DNA of 63,748 nucleotides, filler included, from Octopus bimaculoides (Eukaryota), in assembly GCF_001194135.2 (NCBI RefSeq). It is 3 parts of 3 records of this genome, joined end to end, with 100 filler letters (N's around TTAATTAATTAA, not from the genome) between each part and the next. Parts side by side here need not be neighbours in the genome. Positions count along the whole stretch, not along the records: positions 1 to 28,478 come from NC_068986.1; positions 28,579 to 38,366 come from NC_068989.1; 1 more part is not named here. One strand, given 5' to 3'. Shown here in pieces: positions 22,851 to 36,469 of the stretch (position 1 is the stretch's first letter; every line of letters starts with the position of its first letter). The notes under the pieces were generated by a model, which was not told the DNA's origin, did no database searches, and worked only from the letters and a program-made list of their open reading frames with translations. The position numbers and the translations under genes are program-made.

Positions 22851-23634
22851 ATATATACATGCATATATGTATTATGCATACATATATATATATGAATGTA
22901 TATTTATATATATATATATATACATGCATTCATACATTCACTCATTCATACATGCATACAATATACATTACTTTATACATTTACGGATGATTCGGCGTAA
23001 ATTGCAGCTCAGGAATCTTCGTTTCCGGTTCTCGAAAACCAGGAATTGACATTGAGTTAGCTTCGAATAAATATTATTATTTGACTCTACCTTAATAGTG
23101 TGTCTGTGTGTATGTGTATATACACATACATACATACATACATGCAAAAGAATTTTAATAAAGAAGATGGAATGAACCAGCTTTAATCCAAATCACTACA
23201 ACAGTTTCGGCTCATTACAACCAACTGATAATTGCTGAATGTCACATATGTACTTATCATTGTATCTCCATGGATAGCTGTGTACCTTCACATCTTCAGG
23301 TGGGTAGATTCCAGAGCACTGCTACATCATCTTTAGTTTCTCTTTGTTTTATACTCTTATGATTACCACTCCATTGACAAAGAACAACACGGAAATAAAA
23401 AGAAGTACAAATGAGAAAAAATACCAAAAAATAAATGAAAAAAAATGAAAAATAAAAAAAATAGAATAAACAAACGCCTTCTGCACTTCATTCATAACCA
23501 TAAACTTGTCTCGACTTTTATATGCATACATACATGCATACATACATACATACATACATACATACATACATACATCTCTGTCTTTCTCTGTGCCTGTTTT
23601 CCTTTCTTTCTCTCTCTCTCTCTCTCTCACTCAC

Positions 23635-23683
<49 letters not shown>

Positions 23684-23885
23684 NNNNNNNNNNNNNNNNN
23701 NNNNNNNNNNNNNNNNNNNNNNNNNNNNNNNNNNNNNNNNNNNNNNNNNNNNNNNNNNNNNNNNNNNNNNNNNNNNNNNNNNNNNNNNNNNNNNNNNNNN
23801 NNNNNNNNNNNNNNNNNNNNNNNNNNNNNNNNNNNNNNNNNNNNNNNNNNNNNNNNNNNNNNNNNNNNNNNNNNNNNNNNNNNNN

Positions 23886-23933
<48 letters not shown>

Positions 23934-24270
23934 GTATGTATGCATACATGCATATATGCACGTGTTTATGCATCTATTAGGATGTGTTTATTTCTTTACA
24001 ACAGAAAGAACCACAAACTTTTAATAAAAAGTACGTTGTACTAATTCGTAGAAAATAATAATTTTCATGTTTATAGAAATATAACCGTCTATGTGCTTGT
24101 GTGTATACGTTGCATGTTTATGTGTGTGTATGTATATGTGTATGTATGTGTCTGTATAAGAGTATAAATTACGCACAATAAAACGAATTTTTGCATACTC
24201 CCATGTACACGTATTTTTGTATGCATAAGCGNNNNNNNNNNGTGTGTGTGTGTGTGTGTGTGGGTGTGGG

Positions 24271-24301
<31 letters not shown>

Positions 24302-27057
24302 TTTGTGTTTACTCAATTGCGGGTTAACATACTTAAGACAGTTAACGCAAAATGATTGATTAATTAAAAACCTAATTTGAATTAAGTTTGTCTCGAAGAA
24401 AACAGTCATTAGCATTAAACGATAATTTTTGTTTTCAAGAAAGGACTCTACGTAAATTTTCCAAGGTCAATTAATTTATGCTTAATTAATGAATAATCCC
24501 CAAAACTGTTATGCTCCCCACGCCTTCTGTGACCAGGTAACAACGTTGTAGACTTTGTTTCACTGAGAAATATGTCTTCTGTTATTCTTGTACTTACAAA
24601 AGATCAAACTTACTTTCCACAACAAAATTCCTTTTAGTTGTTATGCAATTTTAATTATGGATTTGTCTTCGTTGATTGTTTGAATAAATTGTCATTAATA
24701 TTAAGGATTTCGCTCTTGATTATGGCTCTAATTTTTTCTTTATTAAGTATGTTAGATTGCACCCGACTATATAGCTATCTTGCAGAAGGCATCCTGGGAA
24801 ACATTGCAATGTCAGAGTGTATGCTATCGCGTTAGTGTGCATGTGTGTGTGTGTGTGTATGTGTTTGAATGTGTTTGTTTGCGCGCGTGTGTGTGTCTAT
24901 GTGCATATATGCATACGTACATACTTGTTATACAAATGTATACATACATTTATATCAATACCTTCTCTACACATATATAAATATGCATACGCACACGCGC
25001 ATAAATATATATGTAAATATAAATGTATATAAGTATATATATACATACATACATACATACATACATACATTAATACATACATAAACATACACAGACACGT
25101 GCGCGCGCATCTACAAATGAATTAAGCAAAACAAAACACCGTTTCAATTTGCAGAACAGGGAATTATTCAGTAATAGCTGGTTATAAACTTTTATATTAA
25201 AACTTATGGTTTCCTCATAATATCATTCTTCGTGCAGTGGGAAGCAAGATCAATTGGTTACGCCTGCATATGTTGATTCTCAAGACAAGATTGAAAACAT
25301 CTTTCTTTAGTACGGTGATGTGTTTGAATTGTGCGACATGCATTATTGGGATTCATGTATCTGTGTGTTCGAAGATTCTGAATTTCTGTTCGTGTGCGTG
25401 TTTGCAGAGTATAAAGTGTGTACATGTGTGTGTATGAGAGTTTGTGTGTATATATCCTGGTATTTACTGGAGTGCACGTGTGAGTGAATGCATGTGTATG
25501 TGGGCCTCTGTGAGCGTATTAACTCATACTCGTTTGTTTGCATCTTGCTTTGTGTCCGATAGAAGATATGCATTTGTCGGTTCATGTGTCAGGAGAAACG
25601 GTGTTGTGTTTGATGCGCAGATTTATTAAAAATGATCGTAAAAGCCTTTCCCATTGTGAATTTCTGAAAACCAGCCTTTGTATGAAAAAGAGAGGGTCTG
25701 ATCTATTGCGGTAATAATATATGAGCGTGTAGCTGAGCGTGGAAGATTTGTGTTTCAGTGGAGATCACTCTGTTGTTATTGATAGCTTGATCGGCAAATA
25801 ATATTTGAAGAGGGATTTGAAAAAAAGAAAATGATAAAGAAAATCTATTCTACTGAGAGTTCATGTTATCGCTGTCGAAATGCCGCTCTTGTGTTTAAGG
25901 AGATACTTTAAAATGTAAGGATATAAACAGAACGTGTATTTAATGTTTTGGTTTCCTGTTTCTGAATTGGTAGCGTTTCTAGAGCATAAAGATTGCATAA
26001 AATATTTGTTTGTGCTTTACTTAAAAGTTCCCATGCAATGATATAAGGCATATTGTTATTTTTCTAAAACCAGATATGTGCCGTTAGTTTTGTGTCCAGA
26101 TTCCTTTGGTTGTTCGGAATGTGTACATATGTTGATGTAATCTATTCTTAGAAAGGCGTTCCTATATAGTTAATGCGGTTAGCGGTCTTTTCTATATAAT
26201 CAATACCGTTTCGGTAAATTTTAAATGTGACAGTGGTAACAGATTTCCCAGGCAGTTGCTGTTTGGTTGAATGTGTAATGTTGTTTGTAAGTGATATGAG
26301 TAATCTATCACATAACCGATGTACTGTTGTCTTAATCTGCAAATCTAGAAACTTCCTGGGAATTGTTGTTAGTTTTTATCGATATTTCTGACGATTGTCC
26401 TTCTTCGGTTTTTAGTTGGGTTGACAAGCCTTTCTAGTGACACAAAAGTACAACATGCAAGATTTCTAACAGATATGTAAGATAGGTACACATGCACTAA
26501 GACCCCAATAGATATACACTTTCACCCGTGCAATCACAAACACTCAAACACACGTTCCAGTAAATAAAATCTACATATACATGCGCGCACACACGCGCAC
26601 ACACGCACACACACGCGCACACAAGCGCACACACGCGCACACACGCATTAAACTCTTAAAAACGAGCGTACTGTTTAACCGGCATTGGTTAGGCAGTACA
26701 TATTTATAGGCACAAAGAACGCATTGATACAACAGCCAATAAAACGCGTGCATCTCGATTAAAAATACCTCTATACGAAGAAAACTAGTTGCTTCAATTC
26801 TTGTCTTAATTAGCAGGTGGAATAGTAGATTCCACTTTACAATGCCTGAAGAACCCTGCAATAGGGAAACTAGCAGTTGTAATATAAAATGGGATCACAT
26901 ACGCCCCCAAATACCCCTCTACACACACATATCCTTAGTATAATACCCTCAGGGACACAGACTGAGGGAGAACTGAATGCATTTATAAAATAACAATTAT
27001 ACTATAATTATTGGGAAGTTCAATGTTCAGACACACATGCGTGCATGTATATTTCTT

Positions 27058-27089
<32 letters not shown>

Positions 27090-27132
27090 TGTATGTATGT
27101 ATGTATGTGTGCATTTATGTATGTGTGCATGC

Positions 27133-27170
<38 letters not shown>

Positions 27171-27787
27171 NNNNNNNNNNNNNNNNNNNNNNNNNNNNNN
27201 NNNNNNNNNNNNNNNNNNNNNNNNNNNNNNNNNNNNNNNNNNNNNNNNNNNNNNNNNNNNNNNNNNNNNNNNNNNNNNNNNNNNNNNNNNNNNNNNNNNN
27301 NNNNNNNNNNNNNNNNNNNNNNNNNNNNNNNNNNNNNNNNNNNNNNNNNNNNNNNNNNNNNNNNNNNNNNNNNNNNNNNNNNNNNNNNNNNNNNNNNNNN
27401 NNNNNNNNNNNNNNNNNNNNNNNNNNNNNNNNNNNNNNNNNNNNNNNNNNNNNNNNNNNNNNNNNNNNNNNNNNNNNNNNNNNNNNNNNNNNNNNNNNNN
27501 NNNNNNNNNNNNNNNNNNNNNNNNNNNNNNNNNNNNNNNNNNNNNNNNNNNNNNNNNNNNNNNNNNNNNNNNNNNNNNNNNNNNNNNNNNNNNNNNNNNN
27601 NNNNNNNNNNNNNNNNNNNNNNNNNNNNNNNNNNNNNNNNNNNNNNNNNNNNNNNNNNNNNNNNNNNNNNNNNNNNNNNNNNNNNNNNNNNNNNNNNNNN
27701 NNNNNNNNNNNNNNNNNNNNNNNNNNNNNNNNNNNNNNNNNNNNNNNNNNNNNNNNNNNNNNNNNNNNNNNNNNNNNNNNNNNNNNN

Positions 27788-27824
<37 letters not shown>

Positions 27825-28522
27825 AACATATATGTACTTATATAAACACATGCATACATACACAATGTATGTATGTATGTGTGCGTACGTTTGAGTGTGT
27901 ATGTGTAAGTCAGTGCGTATATATGTATCATCAACCGGAAGAACGCGGTTTCGTTTCTTGAGCTAGATCTCCATGAGTTCTGACCCGTTAACCTCACAGA
28001 TACAGGCGCCATATAATAATAAAAAATGTGTTTGGAACCAGCAGTAAGATTGTTTTCAATACGATCAAAACAATACTGCTCGTGCATAGTGTATATTGCT
28101 AAGGAGAATTGAAACTATGATCTTCCGGTTGTACTCAATATGCTATTTTGCTAATTCCGTGATTGTCTTTTTTTTTTCTTTTCAAGCCGAATATTTCTTT
28201 ACAATAACTTCATTAAATATGTTTACATAAAGAGAATTTATTAATTTACATACTGTGTTATGTTTTCTTTGCTGATAATCTTGTATATATATTTGCTTTT
28301 CGTTGAGGTTTAAATACTTTTCAATGGAATCCAAGCCAGCCGGTCGTGAAGAAAATGACAAGACCTTCTGAGTTAAGACTGCACGGTAGATTGGGCAAGT
28401 GGCTTCTACTAGAGCCGACCAATGGGTTTGAAAGTAAATTTGGTAAATGTAGAAACCCGTCGCATATATATATATATANNNNNNNNNNNNNNNNNNNNNN
28501 NNNNNNNNNNNNNNNNNNNNNN

Positions 28523-28534
28523 TTAATTAATTAA
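28523..28534. other. Artificial scaffolding spacer TTAATTAATTAA inside an N44-12-N44 (100-nt) gap
   Basis: Exactly 44 N on each side; an identical construct sits at 38411-38422. The 12-mer puts stops in all six frames. Confidence 0.9.
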
Positions 28535-28578
28535 NNNNNNNNNNNNNNNNNNNNNNNNNNNNNNNNNNNNNNNNNNNN

Positions 28579-28626
<48 letters not shown>

Positions 28627-28714
28627 TCATACACAAATATATATAGGTAGAAATAAGAGCAATCCCCCATATATGTGCATGTGTGAATATGTTTGTCAGA
28701 GACTATTCTAATAT

Positions 28715-28926
28715 TAATATCAAATTTTGGCACAATGCCAGCCATCTAGGGAGGGGGAGTCGATTACATCGCCCTCAGTGTTCAGCTGGTGCTTATTTTA
28801 TCGATCCCGAAAGGATGAAATGCAAGGCTGACCCCGGCGGAATTTGAACTCAGAAAGTAAAGACGGACAAAATGCTTCTAAGCATGTCGCCCGGCGTGCT
28901 AACGATTCTGCCCGCTCGCCGCCTTA
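28715..28926 (-). mobile_element. SINE family B, near full length
   Basis: Minus strand GGCGGCGAGCGGGCAGAATCGTTAGCACGCCGGGCG...GAGTTCAAATTCCGCC...TTTCATCCTTTCGGGATCGATAAAATAAGCACCAG. Confidence 0.88.
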
Positions 28927-29950
28927 ATGATCATTCTAATATTGATGATAGAAATTATGTTATCGAGGCTTCAGCATTCTGGTGTTATCCAATACGACGC
29001 AGAAGTAACGGTAACGCTACGAATAGAATACATTAAGTAGACTAATCTATATTCCTTGCGTATACTCAACTATGATTCACTTTTCAAGGATACGTAATAT
29101 AATTACTAGTTTGACTCCTTTAACTTGCAGACTCCCTAGACTTCTATTAACACTAAAAACCTCCAAGGTGAGATTTGGTTATATATTAATCATCATAAAT
29201 AAATAGCAGGTTCAAAATCTGAAAAGTTGGTCGTTTGATTCTTAATAACATCCGATAAATCTTTCTTTTAAGTTAATAACATGATAAACAAAAACTATTC
29301 ACATAGTCCGAATGAGAGGAAGGCATGCGTTAGTTTGGACACGTATGAAGAAGTCTGGGAGAAACCAAGCGTTCCAATAATCCATGTAATAGCGTGTATT
29401 GTATGTCTGTGAAAGAAATCTGCAGTACCTTTCAGTTTCCTTTCAACAATAACCAGAGGGATATTTCCTGTATTAAGAAATAAAATATTCATGTCTGGAG
29501 AAATAAAATCAGTTGAAACCACGGAACAATTCTTTCTTTCTTGTATTTAATGATCGTCTATAAATTTGTTCTCTTCGTGCACAGCAAGGCTTCTATTAGC
29601 GATAATGTTTTCAAATCATTCCGATAAGCGAAAGCAGTAATGCTTAGAGAAGTTTGTGCTTCTTAAATTGTAATCTGTAATTTCTAATTACATGGAGCCT
29701 GAACTATTTATCTTCGCCTAGGAGATGTAGTTGTTTGACATTTCGTAAACACCAATATATATTGAAATTTCATTAGCCCTGTGGTGTAGTCATGGTCTTG
29801 AAAAGAAGAGCGCTGAAAACTGTAATAAGGTAAACTGAAAAACAGCTTTCTGAAACAGATGTCGTTTGATTAGAAGACTACGCATTAAGTTTGTTTTGCA
29901 AATGGCTGCTCCTATACAAGCTAAAATATCAAAGTTTCGTATCATATATA

Positions 29951-30163
29951 TTGTTTTCAAATTTTGACACAAAGCCAGAAATTTCGGGAGAGGGTCTAAG
30001 ACGATTACATCGACCTTAGTGCTCACATGGTACTTATTTTATCGACCCTGAAAGTACGAAAGACAAAGTCGACCTTGGTTGAATTTCAGCTCAGAATGCA
30101 GAAGCAGACGAAATGTCTCTAAGCATTTTTCCCGCATGCTAATGATTCCGCCAGCTCACAGCC
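29951..30163 (-). mobile_element. SINE family B, near full length
   Basis: Minus strand GGCTGTGAGCTGGCGGAATCATTAGCATGC...GGGTCGATAAAATAAGTACC...GGTCGATGTAATCG. Confidence 0.85.
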
Positions 30164-31023
30164 ATATATATATATATATATATATATANNNNNNNNNNNN
30201 NNNNNNNNNNNNNNNNNNNNNNNNNNNNNNNNNNNNNNNNNNNNNNNNNNNNNNNNNNNNNNNNNNNNNNNNNNNNNNNNNNNNNNNNNNNNNNNNNNNN
30301 NNNNNNNNNNNNNNNNNNNNNNNNNNNNNNNNNNNNNNNNNNNNNNNNNNNNNNNNNNNNNNNNNNNNNNNNNNNNNNNNNNNNNNNNNNNNNNNNNNNN
30401 NNNNNNNNNNNNNNNNNNNNNNNNNNNNNNNNNNNNNNNNNNNNNNNNNNNNNNNNNNNNNNNNNNNNNNNNNNNNNNNNNNNNNNNNNNNNNNNNNNNN
30501 NNNNNNNNNNNNNNNNNNNNNNNNNNNNNNNNNNNNNNNNNNNNNNNNNNNNNNNNNNNNNNNNNNNNNNNNNNNNNNNNNNNNNNNNNNNNNNNNNNNN
30601 NNNNNNNNNNNNNNNNNNNNNNNNNNNNNNNNNNNNNNNNNNNNNNNNNNNNNNNNNNNNNNNNNNNNNNNNNNNNNNNNNNNNNNNNNNNNNNNNNNNN
30701 NNNNNNNNNNNNNNNNNNNNNNNNNNNNNNNNNNNNNNNNNNNNNNNNNNNNNNNNNNNNNNNNNNNNNNNNNNNNNNNNNNNNNNNNNNNNNNNNNNNN
30801 NNNNNNNNNNNNNNNNNNNNNNNNNNNNNNNNNNNNNNNNNNNNNNNNNNNNNNNNNNNNNNNNNNNNNNNNNNNNNNNNNNNNNNNNNNNNNNNNNNNN
30901 NNNNNNNNNNNNNNNNNNNNNNNNNNNNNNNNNNNNNNNNNNNNNNNNNNNNNNNNNNNNNNNNNNNNNNNNNNNNNNNNNNNNNNNNNNNNNNNNNNNN
31001 NNNNNNNNNNNNNNNNNNNNNNN

Positions 31024-31130
31024 TACCAACCACATGGTCCCGGGTTCAATCCTACTGCGTGGCATTTTGGGCAAGTGTCTTCTACTATAGTCTCGGGCCG
31101 ACCAAAGCCTTGTGAGTGGATTTGGTAGAT
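31024..31130 (+). mobile_element. SINE family C head fragment
   Basis: Nearly identical to 3818-3921 (CCACATGGT..GGGCAAGTGTCTTCTACTATAGTCTCGGGCCGACCAAAGCCTTGTGAGTGGATTTGGTAGA). Confidence 0.88.
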
Positions 31131-31324
31131 CAGCAAGCATTTGCTTACATACCGAAGGGCTTGATAAAAATTATTAATTGTTGATTTATTAATAAGTTGA
31201 TAAATCTTTACCCTTTTAATTTGTATATATATATATATATATATATTTTGCATTTTTGTCTATGCCCATGAATACCAACCTTCAAACAACTATGTTTTAT
31301 AGTGAAGAGGTGAGTGACCTAATT

Positions 31325-31440
31325 GTGAGTGTGTTAGGCTCATGACTGTAAGTAAGATTATGGTTTCACTTCTAGGATCGGATTAGGCGATGCCTTGTGT
31401 CCTTGAGCAAGGCACTTTATTTCACGTTGCTCCGGTCCTG
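31325..31440 (+). mobile_element. Degenerate SINE head with a TTGTGTCCTTGAGCAAGGCACTTTATTTCAC central motif
   Basis: The motif resembles conserved central domains of metazoan SINE superfamilies (from recall); related to family D. Confidence 0.45.
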
Positions 31441-31827
31441 AAAAACTTAGAGTGGACGCCAAGAACTAATGCTGCATTCCCTCCTTCCAGTATTTTCAAA
31501 CGCTGTATATCACTGCTGGTCAAGAAGAATCGGCTACATAGACACTTTAGTAGTTAGCGAAATCATTTACTCGTTTGCGAGTGATGACTGTGGTAATTTT
31601 TGGACCTGCTTTCTCTCAATGGAAAACGCTAATTATTTCATTAATGAGTGCTTCGTAAGCATGCAGTGTCGTTTTCAATAATTTGACGTAATGATGAAAT
31701 ACTCAATCACCCTAGCTGCACATAGGCCGAGTTGTTCATGTGAAGCTACAGTGGTTGTGTAAAATTAACATACTATTAGTCTCTCTTACTGATATCTAAT
31801 ATTCATAAAGGAATGTATTAGGGAGAA

Positions 31828-31879
<52 letters not shown>

Positions 31880-32121
31880 GGAATAAGAGAAAGAGAGGGA
31901 CAGAGATTCCGAGATAGCTTGAAACAGTCTGATGTTAACGGAGAATGCATCAATATCATACACTCTTATGGAATTCCCTAAACTATATTTATTGAAAATG
32001 CTTAAAATATATATATATACATATAAATATACATAATATATGTGTGTGTGTGAATGTATATATATATATTATATATATGTATGTATATGTGTTGATGTGC
32101 ATATGTATGTATGTATGTATG

Positions 32122-32174
<53 letters not shown>

Positions 32175-32303
32175 GTATGTATGTATGCATGAATGAATGT
32201 ATATGTTTATGTACATACATATACATTCATGCATATACATAAACACCTACATACACATCTATATATAAGCATATAATATATACACACATACACGCACATC
32301 TAC

Positions 32304-32341
<38 letters not shown>

Positions 32342-34149
32342 GCACTCACACACGCGCGAGTGCGCGGTAGAGTATATTGACGAAGCCGAAATCGTTAAGA
32401 TAATGAAACAGTGTTTTGAAGAGCTGTAAATTTATGCATCAACAAAGGAAATCATTTATAAAACACGGAATTTCCACGAATTCTGTGTCTTAATATTAAC
32501 TTCAGAAGAATAATTGCTAAACCATTCGGCTTAAATGTCTGATAATATTATCCACAACTAATGCATTTAAGTATCGAATGACTCAGTTCATTTATTTGCA
32601 ATTTGCAATCGACTATACACGTTTAAAAACTGTTAACATATACTAATATAATTGACAAAGTGTCGCCATCGCTCTCACTTTCTCTCGTCGTCTGCTTCTT
32701 ATATATTTTTTGTCTTCCCTCTTTCGATTTCTGTCTGTCTGTCTGTCTCTCTCTCTATCGCTTACTTTCTCTCTGTTTCGTTGCCCCACGAACATGAGCA
32801 GCAAAGGCAATTTGCTGTTATGATACTTCTACTATAATTATATATTTCGTTGAAACACTGACAGGTCATTTAGTTACCTAAATGCTGCGTAAAGATACAC
32901 TAAGATCATCCATTTGTATATAAATTGTATGTGCACGTACGTGTTTGTGTGTTCACGAGCGCGTGTGTGTGTATGTTTGCGTGTTTGTGTGACTGTGTGA
33001 GTGTGTGCGTGCGCACGTTTGTAAATAATTTTATGCATGTTCTAATATTTAAATAATGACAAAGAGTAAAGTGTTTTTTTGTTTAATTAATTCACCTAAA
33101 TACCGTTTGCCGCAAGTAAATAACTGTGAAACTGAATATTTATCCTCTGCTAACTTTCCTCGAGGAGCCAGTGTGTATATATATATATATATATATGAAA
33201 ATTAAACAGGAAAGGACCAACATGAAAAGTGTCCTAAAATGCCGGCTGACGCTAAGCCCATTTGGTAATTTGAACCACCGAAGTAACCCTCGGTTTACTA
33301 GAATTGGTTACTTAATTCCCGCGAATCACGCACGATCATTTTAAAATGATAACAAATAGAGGACACACAGAAATACACACATATATAAATATACAGCAAA
33401 TCTTTGATTAGAGTTCCGCTCAGTAGGGGCTGATGTCGGATAATCAATAACTGTTGTTGTCTTTATACACGATGCCTGAAGTACAGTTTCGGTAACATGA
33501 TGCTTTATGAGATTCATAATATTCCAGCTAATGAAGCTATTAAGTTTGTGTAAAGCAGTGGCTGTTATATATATATATATATTCTGTAAATAATACTAAT
33601 TATTATTATAAGCTTTAAGATTATAATTATTGTTTCTTACAAAATGCTCACTCGTTACTGCTTCTGCGTTAAACGCAGGAAACACAGATGTATGTGTGTG
33701 TGTGTGTGTACGTATTATGTAATATATATATATATATATATANNNNNNNNNNNNNNNNNNNNNNNNNNNNNNNNNNNNNNNNNNNNNNNNNNNNNNNNNN
33801 NNNNNNNNNNNNNNNNNNNNNNNNNNNNNNNNNNNNNNNNNNNNNNNNNNNNNNNNNNNNNNNNNNNNNNNNNNNNNNNNNNNNNNNNNNNNNNNNNNNN
33901 NNNNNNNNNNNNNNNNNNNNNNNNNNNNNNNNNNNNNNNNNNNNNNNNNNNNNNNNNNNNNNNNNNNNNNNNNNNNNNNNNNNNNNNNNNNNNNNNNNNN
34001 NNNNNNNNNNNNNNNNNNNNNNNNNNNNNNNNNNNNNNNNNNNNNNNNNNNNNNNNNNNNNNNNNNNNNNNNNNNNNNNNNNNNNNNNNNNNNNNNNNNN
34101 NNNNNNNNNNNNNNNNNNNNNNNNNNNNNNNNNNNNNNNNNNNNNNNNN

Positions 34150-34185
<36 letters not shown>

Positions 34186-35479
34186 TTAGAAAATCTCTTC
34201 CTGCCTTTATTGTCTCCAGCTTTTTTAACTTGAAAATTTAGTTTTAATAGCAGAAGATTGACCACATTGGATTTAGAACATTACATCGGTTTCTGTTTAT
34301 ATTTGCAACACAATGTTTTTAGTGGCCCGTGTAACACAACAACCAGTTTAACACTAGCACCTCGATCGATCTGCTAGAGTTAGCAGCTAAATATCTTTAG
34401 GATCACACAATTTTGTCTTAAATAAACTACAAATGGAACAGTGTAGTCCAATAATATATAAAATAGCAGGATGTAACAACTTAAACACTTTGATCATATT
34501 TCTTCTCAAGTGAGCCTGACCTGGGGTTAAACAATGACAACTAAAACAACAACAACAACAACCATAGTTGCTTTAAACGAGAAGTTTTTAAATATAGCTC
34601 GTGTGACCTGATGACTTAGGAGACTCACATCATTATATATGCGATGGTTCCACAATTAAATCGATTTCTGGGAGTCAGAATGTTTTATATGCAAGAGGAA
34701 CGGGATCAAGCACACAGTATCAACAGCATTTAATGTTGAAACAATTAAAACGCAATCACATAAAACAACGCAAAACATAGACATTTCCCACAACAAAGAC
34801 CTAATTATGGAGTTCATTATGAGAATCGAATCAGCATGAAGTACAAAACAAATAAATAAATGAATAAATAAATATGACGCGTTGGTCATTTGGTGATTAA
34901 TATCTGAAATGCAATCTAACAAGTGAAATTAATCCACTTTTAACAACGAGGAACAAAGAGGATTTTGATCAGCCTTGGGTAGCCGTTTTGTGGCAACGGG
35001 ACTTATAAGATTTGAAGGTCATCATAATCTGATTACTAATGTGTCAATAAACACTGTATATAATACAGATGAGGATAATCCAAAGAAATTCTTCTGTACC
35101 GGTCACATCGATCATATCTAGTGGTCAACGCTAGAACTTACACAGGAGGCCAGACGATAGTCTTTACCAGTCTGTCCCGTCCTCCGAGAATGTACGAGGG
35201 GCTGACTTGAATAAAAAAAAAAACATTGAGGAAGGATCATAACACAGAAATACTCAATCTATAACGGAATCTTTCTTCACCTGTTGTAGCCAAGCCTGCT
35301 TGAATTGTGGCCTCGTCATCCACTGGCGAACATGCAGTATATGAACCCCACCCTTCATAAATCTTTCTGTGCGAAGCCAAGTCACGAGATTCGTTTCAAA
35401 CTTTGGTACAACAAAGCCAGCAATTTCGTGGAAGGAATTAAGTTGATTATATCGAGCTGATCCTTTTTTTTTTATCATC

Positions 35480-35600
35480 TTCAAACGATGAAAGACAAAG
35501 TCGGCCCCGACGGCTTTTGAACTCTAAACGTAAAGTCGGAAGAAATGCCACTAAGCATTTTATCCAGCACGGTAGTCATTCTGCCATTCACCGCCGTAAG
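35480..35600 (-). mobile_element. Truncated SINE family B
   Basis: Minus strand GGCGGTGAATGGCAGAATG...AAATGCTTAGTGGCATTTC...GAGTTCAAAAGCCG...TTTGTCTTTCATC. Confidence 0.75.
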
Positions 35601-35894
35601 CCAAGTCATGATGTTATCACGGCTGTGGTTTAGCAGAATCAGTGTGTCAGAAGTGTTTTGCAACATTTATTCCGTCGTCTTACGTCTGAGCTCTAATCCT
35701 GCTTATATGACACTTGATAGTATCATGATTATGAATATGCAATATTGATGTGAATACAAAATTAAGCTTCTAGACGAGACGAAATAAATGAATTCTAATT
35801 GGGATGTAACACTAAATTTGTTAGGAAGAAAAAGTAGTAGATAATTAGCAAAATATAAATGACAGGATGAAAGGAAAATATATGATAATGTTAA

Positions 35895-36075
35895 TGTCCC
35901 TCAGTCGTTGTCGACGATGACCAGAACATCACATGGGAGAAGAAAATGTGTCACAGTGCGTCATGTTGTGGCCGATTTAGCCAATACTTTCCCGCAAGGT
36001 TTTGCGGCAGGTCGGGTACTGGTGGTTTACTGGGAAGGCGAGGAGTAGGCTCTGGACTTGAGCTTCGCAAGTAAA
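35895..36075 (-). mobile_element. 3' end of an RTE-like LINE
   Basis: Minus strand YPTCRKTLRESIG*IGHNMTH resembles the RTE C-terminal C-x2-C...IGL.SH knuckle. It is followed by TGGTCATCGTCGACAACGAC, an RTE-type tail as recalled. Confidence 0.55.
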
Positions 36076-36257
36076 TAAATAAATAAGCAATAACGTAAAC
36101 ACTATCTTCGGATCTTAGTGATGATTGTGTTGTTAAGAATATCGATTCGCAACCATGTGGTTTCAGGTTCATTCCTGCTGTGCAACACCTTTAGCCCCTG
36201 CCGAAGAAGAATGCTTTGTGAGTGATCTGATTGATGAAAACTGTCGTAATATATCGT

Positions 36258-36322
<65 letters not shown>

Positions 36323-36324
36323 GG

Positions 36325-36460
36325 GAGATTATACAAAAAATAACAACAGACGAGGACAGGTGGTGTAAATAACAAAAGTATATATTAGTATGACGCTCGG
36401 GAATACGGAAAGTCTTTGACGTTTCGAGCTACGCTCTTCAACAGAAAGAATACGGAGACA
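36325..36460 (-). mobile_element. Terminal fragment of a probable Penelope-like or derived element with a hammerhead-like motif
   Basis: An inverted partial copy lies at 18440-18510. Minus strand 36449-36413 reads TCTTT-CTGTTGA-A-GAGC-GTA-GCTC-GAAACGTC-AAAGA. Confidence 0.5.
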
Positions 36461-36469
36461 AGGAGAATA

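Noticed and set aside
24614-24800. Minus-strand segment with strong acceptor and donor-like sites
   Set aside because: All three frames contain stops; it could only be non-coding and there is no supporting evidence.
28523-28534. TTAATTAATTAA islands in gaps (also 38411-38422) as a biological motif
   Set aside because: Both sit in exact N44-12-N44 100-nt blocks, which indicates an assembly spacer.
29428-29470. Possible 39-nt minus-strand micro-exon (GNIPLVIVERKLK) with a good acceptor
   Set aside because: Weak donor, no recognisable homology and no partner exons.
31691-31795. ATGATGA...CTGA as a C/D-box snoRNA
   Set aside because: No terminal stem, no recognisable guide and not within a known host intron.
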